Positions 33,930 to 45,975 of a stretch of 64,000 nucleotides of DNA are shown here, one piece after another (positions within the stretch are counted from its first letter, which is position 1; each line of letters begins with the position of its first letter). Source of the stretch: Octopus sinensis (Eukaryota). The position numbers were made by a program, and so were the translations under genes. The notes under the pieces are model-generated. The model was not told the DNA's origin and did no database searches. It worked only from the letters and a program-made list of their open reading frames with translations. The stretch is taken from NCBI RefSeq assembly GCF_006345805.1, contig NC_043002.1, positions 109,244,001 through 109,308,000 on the forward strand, written 5' to 3'.

Positions 33930-35898
33930 TGAGTTCAATAACAACAAGAAATTTCAGTTATTCTAGATGAAGTAGAATCATGCTTTGATACAATGCCATT
34001 ACTATTGTTTAGTTTCTTCAGATTCTAATCATCCAACCAGATTTTTGTCTAGCTTTCATGGCCTTTCTAGTAATCCAATCTCTTGTCGCAACATAAACTC
34101 AATTTTTTAGTGGGGAGATAACCCAATTTTTTAATAGGGGTGATATAACCAAAATGTACCAAATATTTTTGTCATCTGAATTTATTTTCTATTTTCGATA
34201 TTTTTATGTCATTTGTGAATGCTTGTACAATCACACGGTTAAATCTCCTACGTCATCAGTGGGAAAAAAAATTAAAGGGCTGACATATACTCCTTTGGGA
34301 TTCTGGGCATTTCAATTTGTTCAAACTGTTGAAACTAAACACTGATGAAAAATTTTGATGCACAATTTGCAATCTAAATGTAAGATATTTCCCTTTAACA
34401 AAAGTATGTTCTTTGATTCCTAACATGTAGCTTCCTCGTGGAAGCTGTTCAGCCTGCAGAACAAACTGATGTACAAGTTCGTTATGAGAAGATGAAAGCT
34501 CTATAATTGGCAGGTTTTGTTATCTCTTACTAGAAATCTTTTCCTATTTGATTGTTTACGTAAGACAAGTTCAATCTTAACAATGGAAGAAAAGCTATGA
34601 CATAAACGATAAAGTTACTAATTTCATTACCAAATATTTCTATTCTCTAATTTTTTTATTAATGAATGTCAAGAATAGATTGAAAAATAATCAATAAAGA
34701 TAATACTAATGAAAAGTCCAAGACTTGTACACCACTCGGAAATGCAGGTTAATGTAATCAAACAGTTGGTCTAAACGACGCCTGTCATTCAACCTGTTTG
34801 TGGTGCAAGATTAAAGTTGTCGGTGTGTCATGTTATTTCAGAGATATTCATCACTATAAGTATATCAGTGTATATTCAAATAATGAAAGTATTTAAATAG
34901 CTGCAGTATTCGTTAATTAAACTAATTACACTACTATATCCTCGAAATCATTTCATGGTTTGGTTTCATCACTAGGACAGTGCTCGCTCAGAGCGCTGGA
35001 CAGTTGTCATATTCTTGTATTGTCCAACTTCTTTTAAATATGGCAATATTTATGTTGTGTAAGCTCTGTATTAGGTGTGCTGGATGGGGGAGCATTGATC
35101 TCCTTTGTTTACAGTTATCAAAAACATCCACGTGTTGGTGGGCTAGTTTTGATTTCAATAAGTCGCTTTCAACAGTGTTAAAATAATTTAACATATAAAT
35201 GATTGACATGCTAAAAACTTACAATAATGGGGAAAGCACTGGTTCCTTCATTCCTTCTATGACATTATCCTGGTAACATATCTATTACAAGAGATCGATG
35301 TTGCCATTAACATGTCCGTGGAGATTTTCTAGGGTCTGGATCATGAAAAAGGCATCAAAGAAAGCGTGAGATAACAACATCGGAAAAGCAAGTGTCCGGT
35401 GTCAAGCAAGACCGACGATTGAGAAATTTACTTTTTACAATTACGGAAAGCTAATTCAAATAACTTGTAACATGACTAATTAGTAACATATCAAAAAATC
35501 TACAATATCCAATGCCTTTATATATATTAAATTAATTGAATGGAGTAAAAACCTAGAACATGTAAACATGCTCCCCTGTATATACTGTCCTTGGTTTATT
35601 TTCGGATCAGTTATCCGAAAAAAAAATCAATTATTCGAACAAAATACTTCTCGCCCGTCTAGTTCGGATAATTGAGTTTGTACTGACTACAGGTAATACT
35701 CTACACAGGTTATGGAAGTAACAATCTCAAGAGAACCATCATAACATTTGAGAGTTCAGTCGACATCACACCAACTTAATTGGACAAAAGTAATTTACTT
35801 AAATAGAGTAAGGGATACTTCATTGGATTCGACTTAGGATGGGAAACAATTGTCTACATTAAACACATAAAAACAATTTACAAATAAACGTCGCCTTA

Positions 35899-36066
35899 CT
35901 TCCAAATATTGTTCTTCTTTGTCTATTTTTTCCTCAATAAACATCCATTGTCAATGTAAATAGCACCAAATACCGTCAAGTGTCATCGTTTCTCTCAGTT
36001 CGTTTCAGTTAAGGGAAATGGTTTGGAGAAACCAAGATGGCGGTGTACACATCAATTCCATCGGTC
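35899..36066 (-). promoter_or_regulatory. Putative promoter and non-coding exon 1 of D
   Basis: Minus strand tgaccgatggaattgatgtgtacaccgccatcttggtttctcc aligns to 52187-52226. CAAGATGGCGG (YY1-like) at 36033-36043; donor GGAA|GTAAGG at 35899; intron-1 homology at 35760-35890. Confidence 0.55.
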
Positions 36067-36298
36067 ATCTGATGTATCAGAAGAAATCTCTCAACTTTAA
36101 TGCCTTCATATTTCAGAGACAACTCTGTAGTGATTATCTCACTATTATCAACACTGTAAACCTAATCCAGCTGTTTAGTATTGTATGTAAATTTGGAAAG
36201 ATTTCTCTTTGCATGGGCATTTTTTTGTTAAACTACGTGCTAGTAAGTGAAAGCAAGTAAGGGAGATAAGTGCTATAACTTGAAATCTTCGCAAAATG

Positions 36299-36640
36299 GA
36301 TGGAAGCACTCCGTCGGTTACGACGACGAGGGTTCCGGTTGATCCGAATCAACGGAACAGCCTGCTCGTGAAATTAACGTGTAAGTGGCTGAGCACTCCA
36401 CAGATACGTGTACCCTTAACGTAGTTCTCGGGGATATTCAGCGTGACACAGAGAGTGACAAGGCCGGCCCTTTGAAATACAGGTGCTACAGAAACATGAA
36501 GTAAGAGTGGGAGAAAGTTGTGGTGAAAGAGTACAGCAGGGATCACCACCATCCCCTGCCGGAGCCCCGTGGAGCTTTAGGTGTTTTCGCTCAATAAACA
36601 CTCACAACGCCCGGTCTGGGAATCGAAACCGCTGCCCTAA
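36299..36640 (-). mobile_element. tRNA-derived SINE, second family
   Basis: B-box-like ggtttcgattccc on the minus strand; core gtggctgagcactccacag..cgtgtacccttaacgtagttctc also occurs degraded at 18230-18370. Confidence 0.6.
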
Positions 36641-36732
36641 CGGTAATATCTTGTCATTAAAAGCAACTGGTGAAAATAGCATACATGTTTATAACACTAG
36701 CGAACGACAATCTAATCAGTTGGCAAAACAAA

Positions 36733-36948
36733 CTTTATTTAAAAGCCGTAGAAATATCACAAAAACTGTTACTCAGAGTTTCACGTTCCCGTTCGTCGGA
36801 CAGTTCCATTCTAACAAAACAGTCCGATGAACGGGAAACGGCGAGTAACAGTTTTTTGGTGATATTTCTGCTGCTTTTAAATAAAGCATGTTACTCTACC
36901 TCTGGTATTTGAGTACTCTTTTCCACCTTGTTTCGCATTTATGTGCTT
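36733..36948. repeat. Palindromic repeat element (family shared with 41977-42200)
   Basis: Imperfect inverted arms at 36733-36886. Confidence 0.7.
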
Positions 36949-37109
36949 ACTTTTTAATGATGGGTAACAGTTTCAAGGAACGGTCAGGTACGAAGACTAG
37001 AAATCCTATCTTGTCTTGTCTATCCCATTATTGTCTATCCCATTATTTACTTTGCTTTTTATTTGATTTGTGTAAAAAAAAACATATACATTGTTTTAAA
37101 AAATAATTG

Positions 37110-37515
37110 GATCTTTTCGGTTTGAACGGCAGTTTTTAAAAATAATTTCCACGTAACTAAACACTTTTAAACTTCGTATACTGGTAGAATGTGTTTATAA
37201 AACATCTTTTTCTCTTGTTTTTATTGAGAAAATTCAATAGTTTGTAAAATATTTGTTGTTTTCTTTCTTCAATTTCTGCAATTTCAACCAATCAGTGACG
37301 TCTATTGTGGTAAAAAGACATTCTGTGTCGTATGAATATGTCCCTCGTTTAAGAAACGGATTGGGTTTATTTACATTTGTGAAGAAAAAATACCCTTCCC
37401 CTACCCTAACCCTAAAACAGATTGAAATGCAATAGATCGATACTAGGGTCATAATTATGGGTGACAATTTCAAATGACACCGCTAGGAAAAACTTCCGTT
37501 CAAACCGAAAAAATC
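37110..37515. mobile_element. MITE with TIR atcttttcggtttgaacgg
   Basis: Both TIRs present; same family as 24998-26182. Confidence 0.8.
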
Positions 37516-38025
37516 TAAATAATTTATTTACTTTCTTTAAAAAATTCTTTTATTTTGTTACCAAACATGTATCGCGCATGCGCACTTCAACTCATTTGCA
37601 TACACCCAAGTCCTAGTAGGATCAACTACTTGCGACTAGCTAGCGCGGATGCCCGACTGCGCGCACCGGGACCATTATTCGCTAGTCAAAAAGAATGCTA
37701 GTCCGTCGTGACTAGTCGATCCTTCAACGACTACCTAGCGCGAGTATGCAAATTAATAGATGCGTGCATAATAGTATATAATGGCTGAATATATATAAAA
37801 TAAAATTGTTTTTTTCTTAAACAAAGTAAATAAAAGACTCAATGAAAGAAATTATTTACTTTGTGTTTTATTTACTTCGTTTAAAAAAAAATTATTTGTT
37901 AAAAAAACCTCATACATGTTTAGCGCATGAGAGTGTGATTTTTATTCGCGCACTCGCGTTATGTAGTCTTTGTAGGATCGACTAGTCACGACTAGCTAGC
38001 ACCGGGACCACGCTTGTAGAAAAGT

Positions 38026-38447
38026 ACCCCAGACCTTGGGGAAAAAAAAGAATTTTGGTTGTCTTGTTGTAGTCGAGGGCTCTTCGTTGATGCCCAACAC
38101 CACTGGGAGGTGGCTCTCGAAGTCGTTGGAAATGGAGATCTCCAGGTCCAAATTCTTGAACGGCGGCAAATTAGCTGATGGTATGTGGAAGGACCTTTCA
38201 AGTGTTTGGCCTAAGGGTGATTAGGTGATGGTCTAGGGCTTAGGGGCGGGAGACCCCAGACCTTGGAAAAAAGAAAAAAAAACGGTGATCATCTTGTTGT
38301 AGTCAAGGGCTCTTCGTTGACACTCGACATCACTGGGAGGTGGCCCTCGAAGTCGTTGGAAATGGAGATCTCCAGGTCCAAATTCTTGAACGGTGGCAAA
38401 GCAGCTGATGCTGATGCTGTGTGGAAGGACGTTTCAAGTGTTTGGCT
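38026..38447. repeat. Tandem pair of ~228-bp GC-richer units
   Basis: ccagaccttgg...gaagtcgttggaaatggagatctccaggtccaaattcttgaacgg...ttcaagtgtttggc occurs twice. Confidence 0.8.
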
Positions 38448-38851
38448 TCACAGAGACAATGATGAATAACTCAGACCTTTTGCATTATGTCTTGCTTGTG
38501 AAGGCCATCAAGCGAAGTAAAGTCGTAGTTCTGGCAGACTCTGATGTCACTTTAAAGCAGCCATTACACTCACGGAGTGGTTGGTGTTAGATAAGGTTAT
38601 CCAGAAGTAGAAACCATGCCAAATCAGCCCCAGTCTGAGGCAGCCTTCCAGTCCTGGTCAAACCGTCCAAACCATGTCAACTTGGACAACAGACGTTAAA
38701 TGATGATGACTCTGGTTAAACCGAGGTATAGCTGAAGGCACTTGCTCAATGTGCTCTGCATTGGGATTGAACCCCTAACCATGAGGTTGGGAAGAAAGTT
38801 CCTTACCACACAAACACGCCTGTCTGCATTTTTTGACTGTTAGGTTGTAGG

Positions 38852-39950
38852 TGTAGCGATATCGTTACACTCATTGCTATCTTCACTATTTGAGAAGAGT
38901 ATTAAGAATAATCTCGTTCGAGATTACAAACATCTTCGGCTAGTTTAACATTGTTGTAAACACTAATTCGATTGGCTGACACGTGGTCTCTACTACGTTC
39001 GCACCGCTGGTTGTCACGTGACGCGATTTGCCTCCGCTTATTTTCGCGCCATTGTTCCAAGCAGCCAATCACAGCTTTCCATTTCTGAAGTTCGTTTTGA
39101 GCCACATAAACCTTATATAAGGAAATGTTCTCAGACAAATATCCGTCTTTGGTTCAAGTCCTTCTCAGGGCGAACCTCTGACCACACAGAGTTCGTCTTT
39201 GGTTCTAGTTCTTCTCAGAACGGACCTCTGACCACACAGAGCATACTCGACCATGTTCCAGTTCGAAAGGCAGGCGACCACCATTATATCAAGAGAAAAA
39301 TAACCAAGCAGAATATATGATGAAGACGCAGCAAAAACCAAGCGACAGATACAACTCATCGCCAAACATCGAAGATTTAATTTGTACACAAGACAACCAC
39401 AGATTCAACTATAGCGGTTAGGTGAAAATATCACCACGGGAAAAACGGCTACAGTTAATATATCTGGAAATATATTCATATCAAGAGAAAGATAAACACA
39501 AGTGATTCAATTAATCTCAACTACGAGACGCAACATCTTGATATGGAACTCTTGCCCTCCGTGTACCTCATGAACGGTAAATCAATTATCTGTCTTGAGT
39601 TCTAGTTCTTCTAAGAACTACCTTAAGCCATCTGCTACTACCTGTTGCTAGGCTGATACCAACAACGTGAATTGTGAACCAAATTCCATTGTTATTTCTC
39701 TGGTCAGTACCTTTTATGCCTCACGAACACACAGACACAAAAACATGCTAACACTTACAAACTTCCAACCAACAGGATTGTAAAATATGTAAAATAAATA
39801 ATGTATATATATCAAAAATAAATCTTGTTGTCATCCCACTTGTGTTTTGCCGCTGTATGTATTATATGGTCTGTAAAATAATCATTAAGAATGGGATCGC
39901 GTGCGATTGTATTCCCTATACGATACGACCGCATGTGATCCTATTTTTAT
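38852..39950 (+). mobile_element. Candidate solo LTR or promoter-like island
   Basis: TG start; ATTGG 38971; CACGTG 38980; GTCACGTGAC 39013-39022; CCAAT 39065; TATATAA 39114; internal ~50-bp repeat; later AATAAA. No TSD confirmed. Confidence 0.3.
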
Positions 39951-40002
39951 ATAGGTAATCCCTGATGTCAATGCATGTTCATAAAAATAGCTATTATTAT
40001 AA

Positions 40003-40380
40003 TAGGCGTAGTGGCTGTGTGGTAAGTAGCTTACTTACCAACCACATGGTTCCGAGTTCAGTCCCACTACATAGCACCTTGGGCAAATGTATTCTACTAT
40101 AGCCTCGGGCCAACCAAAGCCTTGTGAGTGGATTTGGTAGACGGAAACTGAAAGAAGCCTGTTGTTTATATGTATGTGTGTGTGTCTGTGTTTGTCCCCC
40201 CAACATCGCTTGACAACTGATGCTGGTGTGCTTACGTCCCTGTAACTTAGCGGTTCAGCAAAAGAGACCGATAGAATAAGTACTAGGCTTACAAAGTATA
40301 AGTCCTGGGGGTCAATTTGCTCGACTAAAGGCAGTGCTCCAGCATGGCCACAGTCACATGATTGAAACAAGTAAAAGAGT
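40003..40380 (+). mobile_element. Full-length tRNA-derived SINE
   Basis: ggcgtagtggctgtgtggtaag...ggttccgagttcagtcccact... through to gaaacaagtaaaag. Confidence 0.8.
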
Positions 40381-40627
40381 ATGTCTTATAGTGACGACAT
40401 TGAAGTTGACAATGAAGAAATAGGTATAGGAAATAATATATTCTACAATGAAGATAATGAAATTGAGGCCGGCAGTGGGCAATTTGAGACGAAAATCTCT
40501 ATAAATTACACCAATGATCAATTGCATGGTTCCTGTATCAGGGGACCAGTATTTTGTAACAGAATATATGAGTAAACTTTCTGAAAATGACCAGGTGAAA
40601 ATTAAAAAAGGAGAATTGAAAGTGAAA

Positions 40628-41025
40628 TCTCTATGTGTATAGAGCTGAAGTTGTCTGTGTATGGCAGGTTTGGTAGCCTTCAACTAACACTATCTCCTCC
40701 GAGACCCTGCGGCGCAGGTTGACCAAAATTGAGAGTATGATAGAAGAAGGCTTGCTCTTCCTTCCATAGAAGATAAAATTCAAATCGGACCATGTTAAGG
40801 ACCAAAAATTATTTACATCAAGAAGGTGCTTTTTTTCTATGAAAGTCCCTATTTTTTACGATTTTTTTTACTGCTGTATCGCCATTTTTCGGTGTATTTC
40901 AACCAGAAAAATGAATGTTCGCTTAAAGAGAATAACAAGCTACATAATGCAAAATTTTTACTTTTCAAAAATTCCAATTCTGAAGGGTCGAAAAGAACCC
41001 GAGCAACGCCGGGTTATACTGCTAG
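40628..41025 (+). mobile_element. Non-autonomous Helitron-type element
   Basis: A|TC start at 40628; hairpin cccgagcaacgccggg; CTAG|T end at 41025. Confidence 0.7.
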
Positions 41026-41976
41026 TCGTTAATATAAGGGAACAGACAAAAATGCTGGAACGAATCCAACCAGTCAGTAGAGACATCTATTGGAGAATTC
41101 AAGAAATACAATCATATAAAGGGAAATAACTTCTACACTACTTCAACCAAGCTCCAATTATGAATTAAGGTGCTTAATTACCGATCACGACTCGCAGTTT
41201 GTATCTGAACACGGTAAGTTGACAAATATTGACTTTAAGGCTCTAATGAAGATAATAATACTAGTAATAACAATGTAAATAATAGAATTCTGTGAACTTC
41301 TCGGTGTCACAGTAATTATTTTGAAGCGAAAACATAAAAACTTTAGGAAAATATATTTCCTCGTCTTAAATAATAACTTCCAAACTGAAATGTTGGTTTG
41401 TTGTTTATGAAAACCTTTTATCGGCTGTTACGTGTGATATAGAGGAAATTTATTTGTAAAATGAGAGTAAAACGAACGGAGAACTGGCATAACTACAGAT
41501 TCATGCCCCACAACTTTGGATGATCGTAACTTTAATTAAATTTTCTACGAATATTTGTTAAAGTATGTAGATTCCGAATATACCAAACTGGTAAACTTTT
41601 GTAGGAAACTGCTTTTGGTGTGATGAGTTTCAGAAAACTAAGCGGCGTCAACTTCAATTCTTTTTAACTTTCAAGAAAATAGATGTTATATTTTTAAATG
41701 AAATTTTCTACAAATATGCCTCGGACGATATAGATTCAGAGAAGGTATGAATTTTGGGGGAAAACAATTCGGAGGTTTACTCTTGAGGACCGTTCATTTA
41801 TTTATTTTCTAAAATATTCCTTAATTCTTGCAACCTCTTCACTGGTTCTTGACCATGTACATTATCGGAGCTTTTTCTTTTTGTTTGTTGCTGTGCATGT
41901 GTGTGTGTATGCGGCTGCTTGCATGAATATACACGTATGTATATATATATTATATATATATATTATATATATATAT

Positions 41977-42200
41977 ACCGGAGTAAACACATAAATGTGA
42001 AACAAGGTGGAAAAAAGAGTACTCAAATACCAGTGGTAGAGTAATATGCTTTATTTAAAGCAGCAGAAAATTCAACAAAACCTGTTACTCTGAGTTTCAC
42101 GTCCCCGTTCGTCAGACAGTTAGCAAAAACTGTCCGACGAACGGGAACGTGAAACTCAGAGTAACAGGTTTTGTTGAATTTTCTGCTGCTTTAAATAAAG
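41977..42200. repeat. Palindromic repeat element with ~73-bp near-perfect arms
   Basis: Arms 42049-42121 and 42128-42200. Confidence 0.85.
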
Positions 42201-42204
42201 TATG

Positions 42205-42610
42205 TATACATTGTGATGTTTGTGGTAAATCATTCTGTCAAACAGGTCACTTGACTGTTCACAAACGCATTCATACAGGAGAGAAATCTTATCATTGTGA
42301 GATCTTTGGTGAGTCATTTTCTCAAGGGCATCAGTTGAATAGACACACACACACACACACACATACAGGAGATAAGCCATAACCTTGCATTAGTTGTTGT
42401 AATTAATTTGTTGAAAATGGTGTTGTAAGTACACACGAAAATGTTCATACCAGACAAAACCTATGTAATGGTCGTGTCTGTGTTAAAGCATTCTCTCATA
42501 GACCTAACTTATCTGTCCATGAACGAATCCCTACGAGAGAGTAGCCATGTCAGTGTGACACATGTGGCAAATCATTCTCTTGAAAAAGCCACATGCATAA
42601 ACATGTGGGT
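42205..42610 (+). pseudogene. C2H2-ZNF pseudogene fragment of a different subfamily
   Basis: [57 protein letters not shown], then degraded VCVKAFSHRPNLSVHE and CDTCGKSFS. Confidence 0.75.
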
Positions 42611-44439
42611 ATTACTGTCTCAATGTCAAAATTTATTAAGTCATAACAATAATTAACACTAATTGGTCTGCTAAAACACAGGCTTTTTCCTTTCATCAGT
42701 TATAGGAATTTCTTAATAAAGGATAATGAATAAAATATTTATTTTGTGCTTGTTTTTTTTACTCTATATCTGGACCCTGTTCCCTTTCTACCTTAAACCT
42801 GTCAACTGGCACAAAGTGACATTCCTTCAATACTACCTTCCTCCCTCCCAGTTGTGAGCTATTTTGTCTTGCAAGGTTCTTGGGGACCATGTTGGTTTTG
42901 TTGTCATATAAAAAAGAAAAAATAACACCCTGTGCTCTCTGTAATATGGCTGACATTAGGAAATGCATTCTGCTGTAGAAAACAAGCCAAAACAGACAAG
43001 GGAAACTGGTGCAACTCATGGCTTTGTCAGCTCTGGTCAACCTATCCAACATATGCCTGTATGGAACACAGACATTAAATGTTGATGAAGAAAGCATGTA
43101 TAGTGTGGTGTTATGGGCTGTGATGAGCTATGTGGTGTTGGTGGAGAAGATTGCAGATGAAGTAGACAGAAGTGAAGACTGCAGGGGCCGGAGGATCAGC
43201 CACGAGGCATGCATGGGCAGGAAGCACATGCGGCAGTTCAAGGAGACAGCAGCGTGCAAGGATGTGTTTATTTCTTGACAGTGATCGCTCATCCCGCCTA
43301 GGTCAATAGTTAAGATCCTTGTATTTCTTACTCCCGTTGGCTTCTTTTTCCTCCATCACTCTACATATAGCATGATGAAATGTTTCTCCTTTGACATGCA
43401 CATCATCATCGTTTAACGTCCGCCTTCCATGCTAGCATGGGTTGGACGATTTTGACTAAGGGCTGGTGAACCAGATGGCTGCACCAGGCTCCAATCTTGA
43501 TTTGGCAGGGTTTCTACAGCTTGATGCCCTTCCTAACGCCAATCACTTCGAGAGTGTAGTGGATGCTTTTTACGTGTGATATTTTGACGTATTGTAACGT
43601 GTAAAGAAGTGCCAATACCTAACTGTGGCAGAGGTAGAACCAAGAAGTCATGGGATGAAGTGGTGAAGCATGATCTTTGACCTTTGAGCCTCACAGAGGC
43701 AATGACTGATGACAGAGAGCTTTAGCGATATGCTGTGCTTGAGAAGACTAGTCAAGCCAAGTGACTTCGTAGACATGGCTGATGCTGGTGTCGTGTAACC
43801 AGCACACTAGTTCTCTCTTTTTTCCTTAGTAAGTGGATGGAAATGAAAAAGTCTTTATTTCGATAAAGCTCAATAGTTTTACACAATCAAATTAGAAAAT
43901 TGGACAAAACAGAACACTATTGAAAAAGCTTACTCGTCGTTTGGTATGTAGGTGTCTTGTTTAATGCTATGTTCCCCATTATCCTAAGCTAACCAGTAAT
44001 ATTTTCCTCACAATAATAGTAAGTTGGGTAAAACGTCCATATTCTCTACTAGGCTAGGCCTCTCTCTTCACTTTAATGGTATACCTATCTGTTCAACCAA
44101 CGATTAGGATTTTGTTTTGAAAGTCGCGGGGTGGATCGACCGATGCTATATTAGGAAGGAACGACTTGTAGATGAGGATATGGACTATCAATATATTCTA
44201 CTATTTCCAAAATCTAAAACGTGCCAGCTCCCAAGGAGGCGATGCTTCGGAAAATGTACACACGTGACTTTGTTTACATTTCTGAAGATAACAGAAACCC
44301 TTTTTTGAAATGTATCCGATACTTACATATACCGAAGGTTCGCCCACGAGGATTTCGGACGAGAATTGGTGTATCGGTATCAACACAATATTTAACGCTA
44401 GTTTAATCCTACGATTTCACATCAAACTCTTCCGTCAAA

Positions 44440-44826
44440 CCATCGTACAAACAATAACTCTGAGCACCTTTTCAAACTCCACCCATCTAACACCCGTGGA
44501 CATATTTACAAAGTCAGAAAACTGCACAGCTCCCATGACCTCAGGAAACATTTTTTCACGCTGAGAGTTGCTGAAGCATGGAACAAACTGCCGGCATCAG
44601 TTGTTAGTTGTCGGAGCACTGCATCCTTCAAAACTTCCATGCTTTCTGAGATTTACCAACACTACACCTGATTTTCTCCCCTCCATACACACACAGGCAT
44701 GTATCTGACTCATACATTGTTCGCTTTCCAGACATTTGTACATTACTGCATGTACTTTATATGCACTTTCTGACAAGTTGTGGTGCACCTGAGAACAGTA
44801 TACAATAATTTCATTATTATTATTAT
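44440..44826 (+). mobile_element. CR1-type LINE 3' end
   Basis: Same family as 15662-16157 (cacgctgagagttgctgaagcatggaacaaactgcc), with a (TAT)n tail. Confidence 0.75.
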
Positions 44827-44867
44827 GTAACATGAACAAGGAAAGACAATTTACACGCTCTTTAGAT

Positions 44868-44987
44868 CACGTGACTGGATATGGCCAATAGAATTCATTT
44901 ACGGAAGTAGAGTCGTCGTGGCGGGAGATAAAATTATTTAGCAGCTGTTGTTTATGATTGATGTTAATGCAATGTATAAAGGTGCGA
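44868..44987 (+). promoter_or_regulatory. Putative promoter and non-coding exon 1 of E
   Basis: CACGTG 44868-44873; CCAAT 44885-44889; CGGAAGT (ETS-like) about 44901; candidate donor AAG|GTGCGA at 44982. Confidence 0.55.
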
Positions 44988-45637
44988 TAACATTTATTTA
45001 TCTATCGTTTGTATGTGTTGGATACAAATAATTGTTTCCCATCCTGGGTTGATACAACAGTCTTTCTGTTAATTATGGTTCAGTCCAATTAACTAACCTC
45101 CCTTCTGTAAATTGCTGTTTGTGTGATGTTGGCTGTCGTGGATAGGTGTGATGGTTGTGTGTCCAGGTTCACATTTGCTGGTAAACATTAGAGACTTTGG
45201 CGATGTTTCGCTTGTCGTAGCATAAGTTTCCGTCGATTTCCGTAAAAAATGTAAACACTGAATCGGCCATACATACATACATACATACATACACACACAC
45301 ATACATACACACACACACATACATAGATACATACACACACACATACATGCAGACATACATATACACATACACCGAGTAAAAAATTTCAGTTATCTCTCTC
45401 TTTCACACATTACTCTCTCTGTCTCTTCGCACACACTAACAGAAGCACTTCACTTACACAACATACTGTCTGTCTCCCACACCCCATCAAACACACACAC
45501 AGGGACTTCCAAGAGAAATTTCCTCGTCATAAAATCGCTTCCTCTTAGTCTCTTTCGCTCTCATTGCTTGTGTAAAAAAATAAAAGTTTTTTACGGAAAT
45601 CAACGGAAACTTGTGCTACGACAAGCGAAACATCGCC

Positions 45638-45975
45638 ATAGGTGCAGGAGTGGCTGTGTGGTAAACCACATGGTTCCGGGTTCAGTCCCACTGCGTGGCA
45701 CCTCTGGCAAGTGTCTTCTACTATGGCCTCGGGCCGACCAAAGCCTTGCGAGTGAATTTGGTAGACGGAAACTTAAAGAAGCCCGTCGTGTATGTGTGTG
45801 TTTGTCCCCCTCCCCTTCGCTTGACAAACGATGCTGCTGTGTTTACGTACCCATAAAGTAGCGGTTCGGCAAATAAGCTCGATAGAATAAGTACGAGGCT
45901 TACAATGAATAAATCCTGTGGTCGATTTGTTTGACTAAAGACTGTGATCCAGCATGGTCGCAGTCAAATGACCGA
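45638..45975 (+). mobile_element. tRNA-derived SINE
   Basis: Family consensus; inverted paralog at 23735-24072. Confidence 0.75.

Noticed and set aside
34400-35450. Possible degraded transposase
   Set aside because: No motif I can identify with confidence.
40003-40100. tRNA genes
   Set aside because: The tRNA-like heads belong to SINEs; no complete cloverleaf seen.
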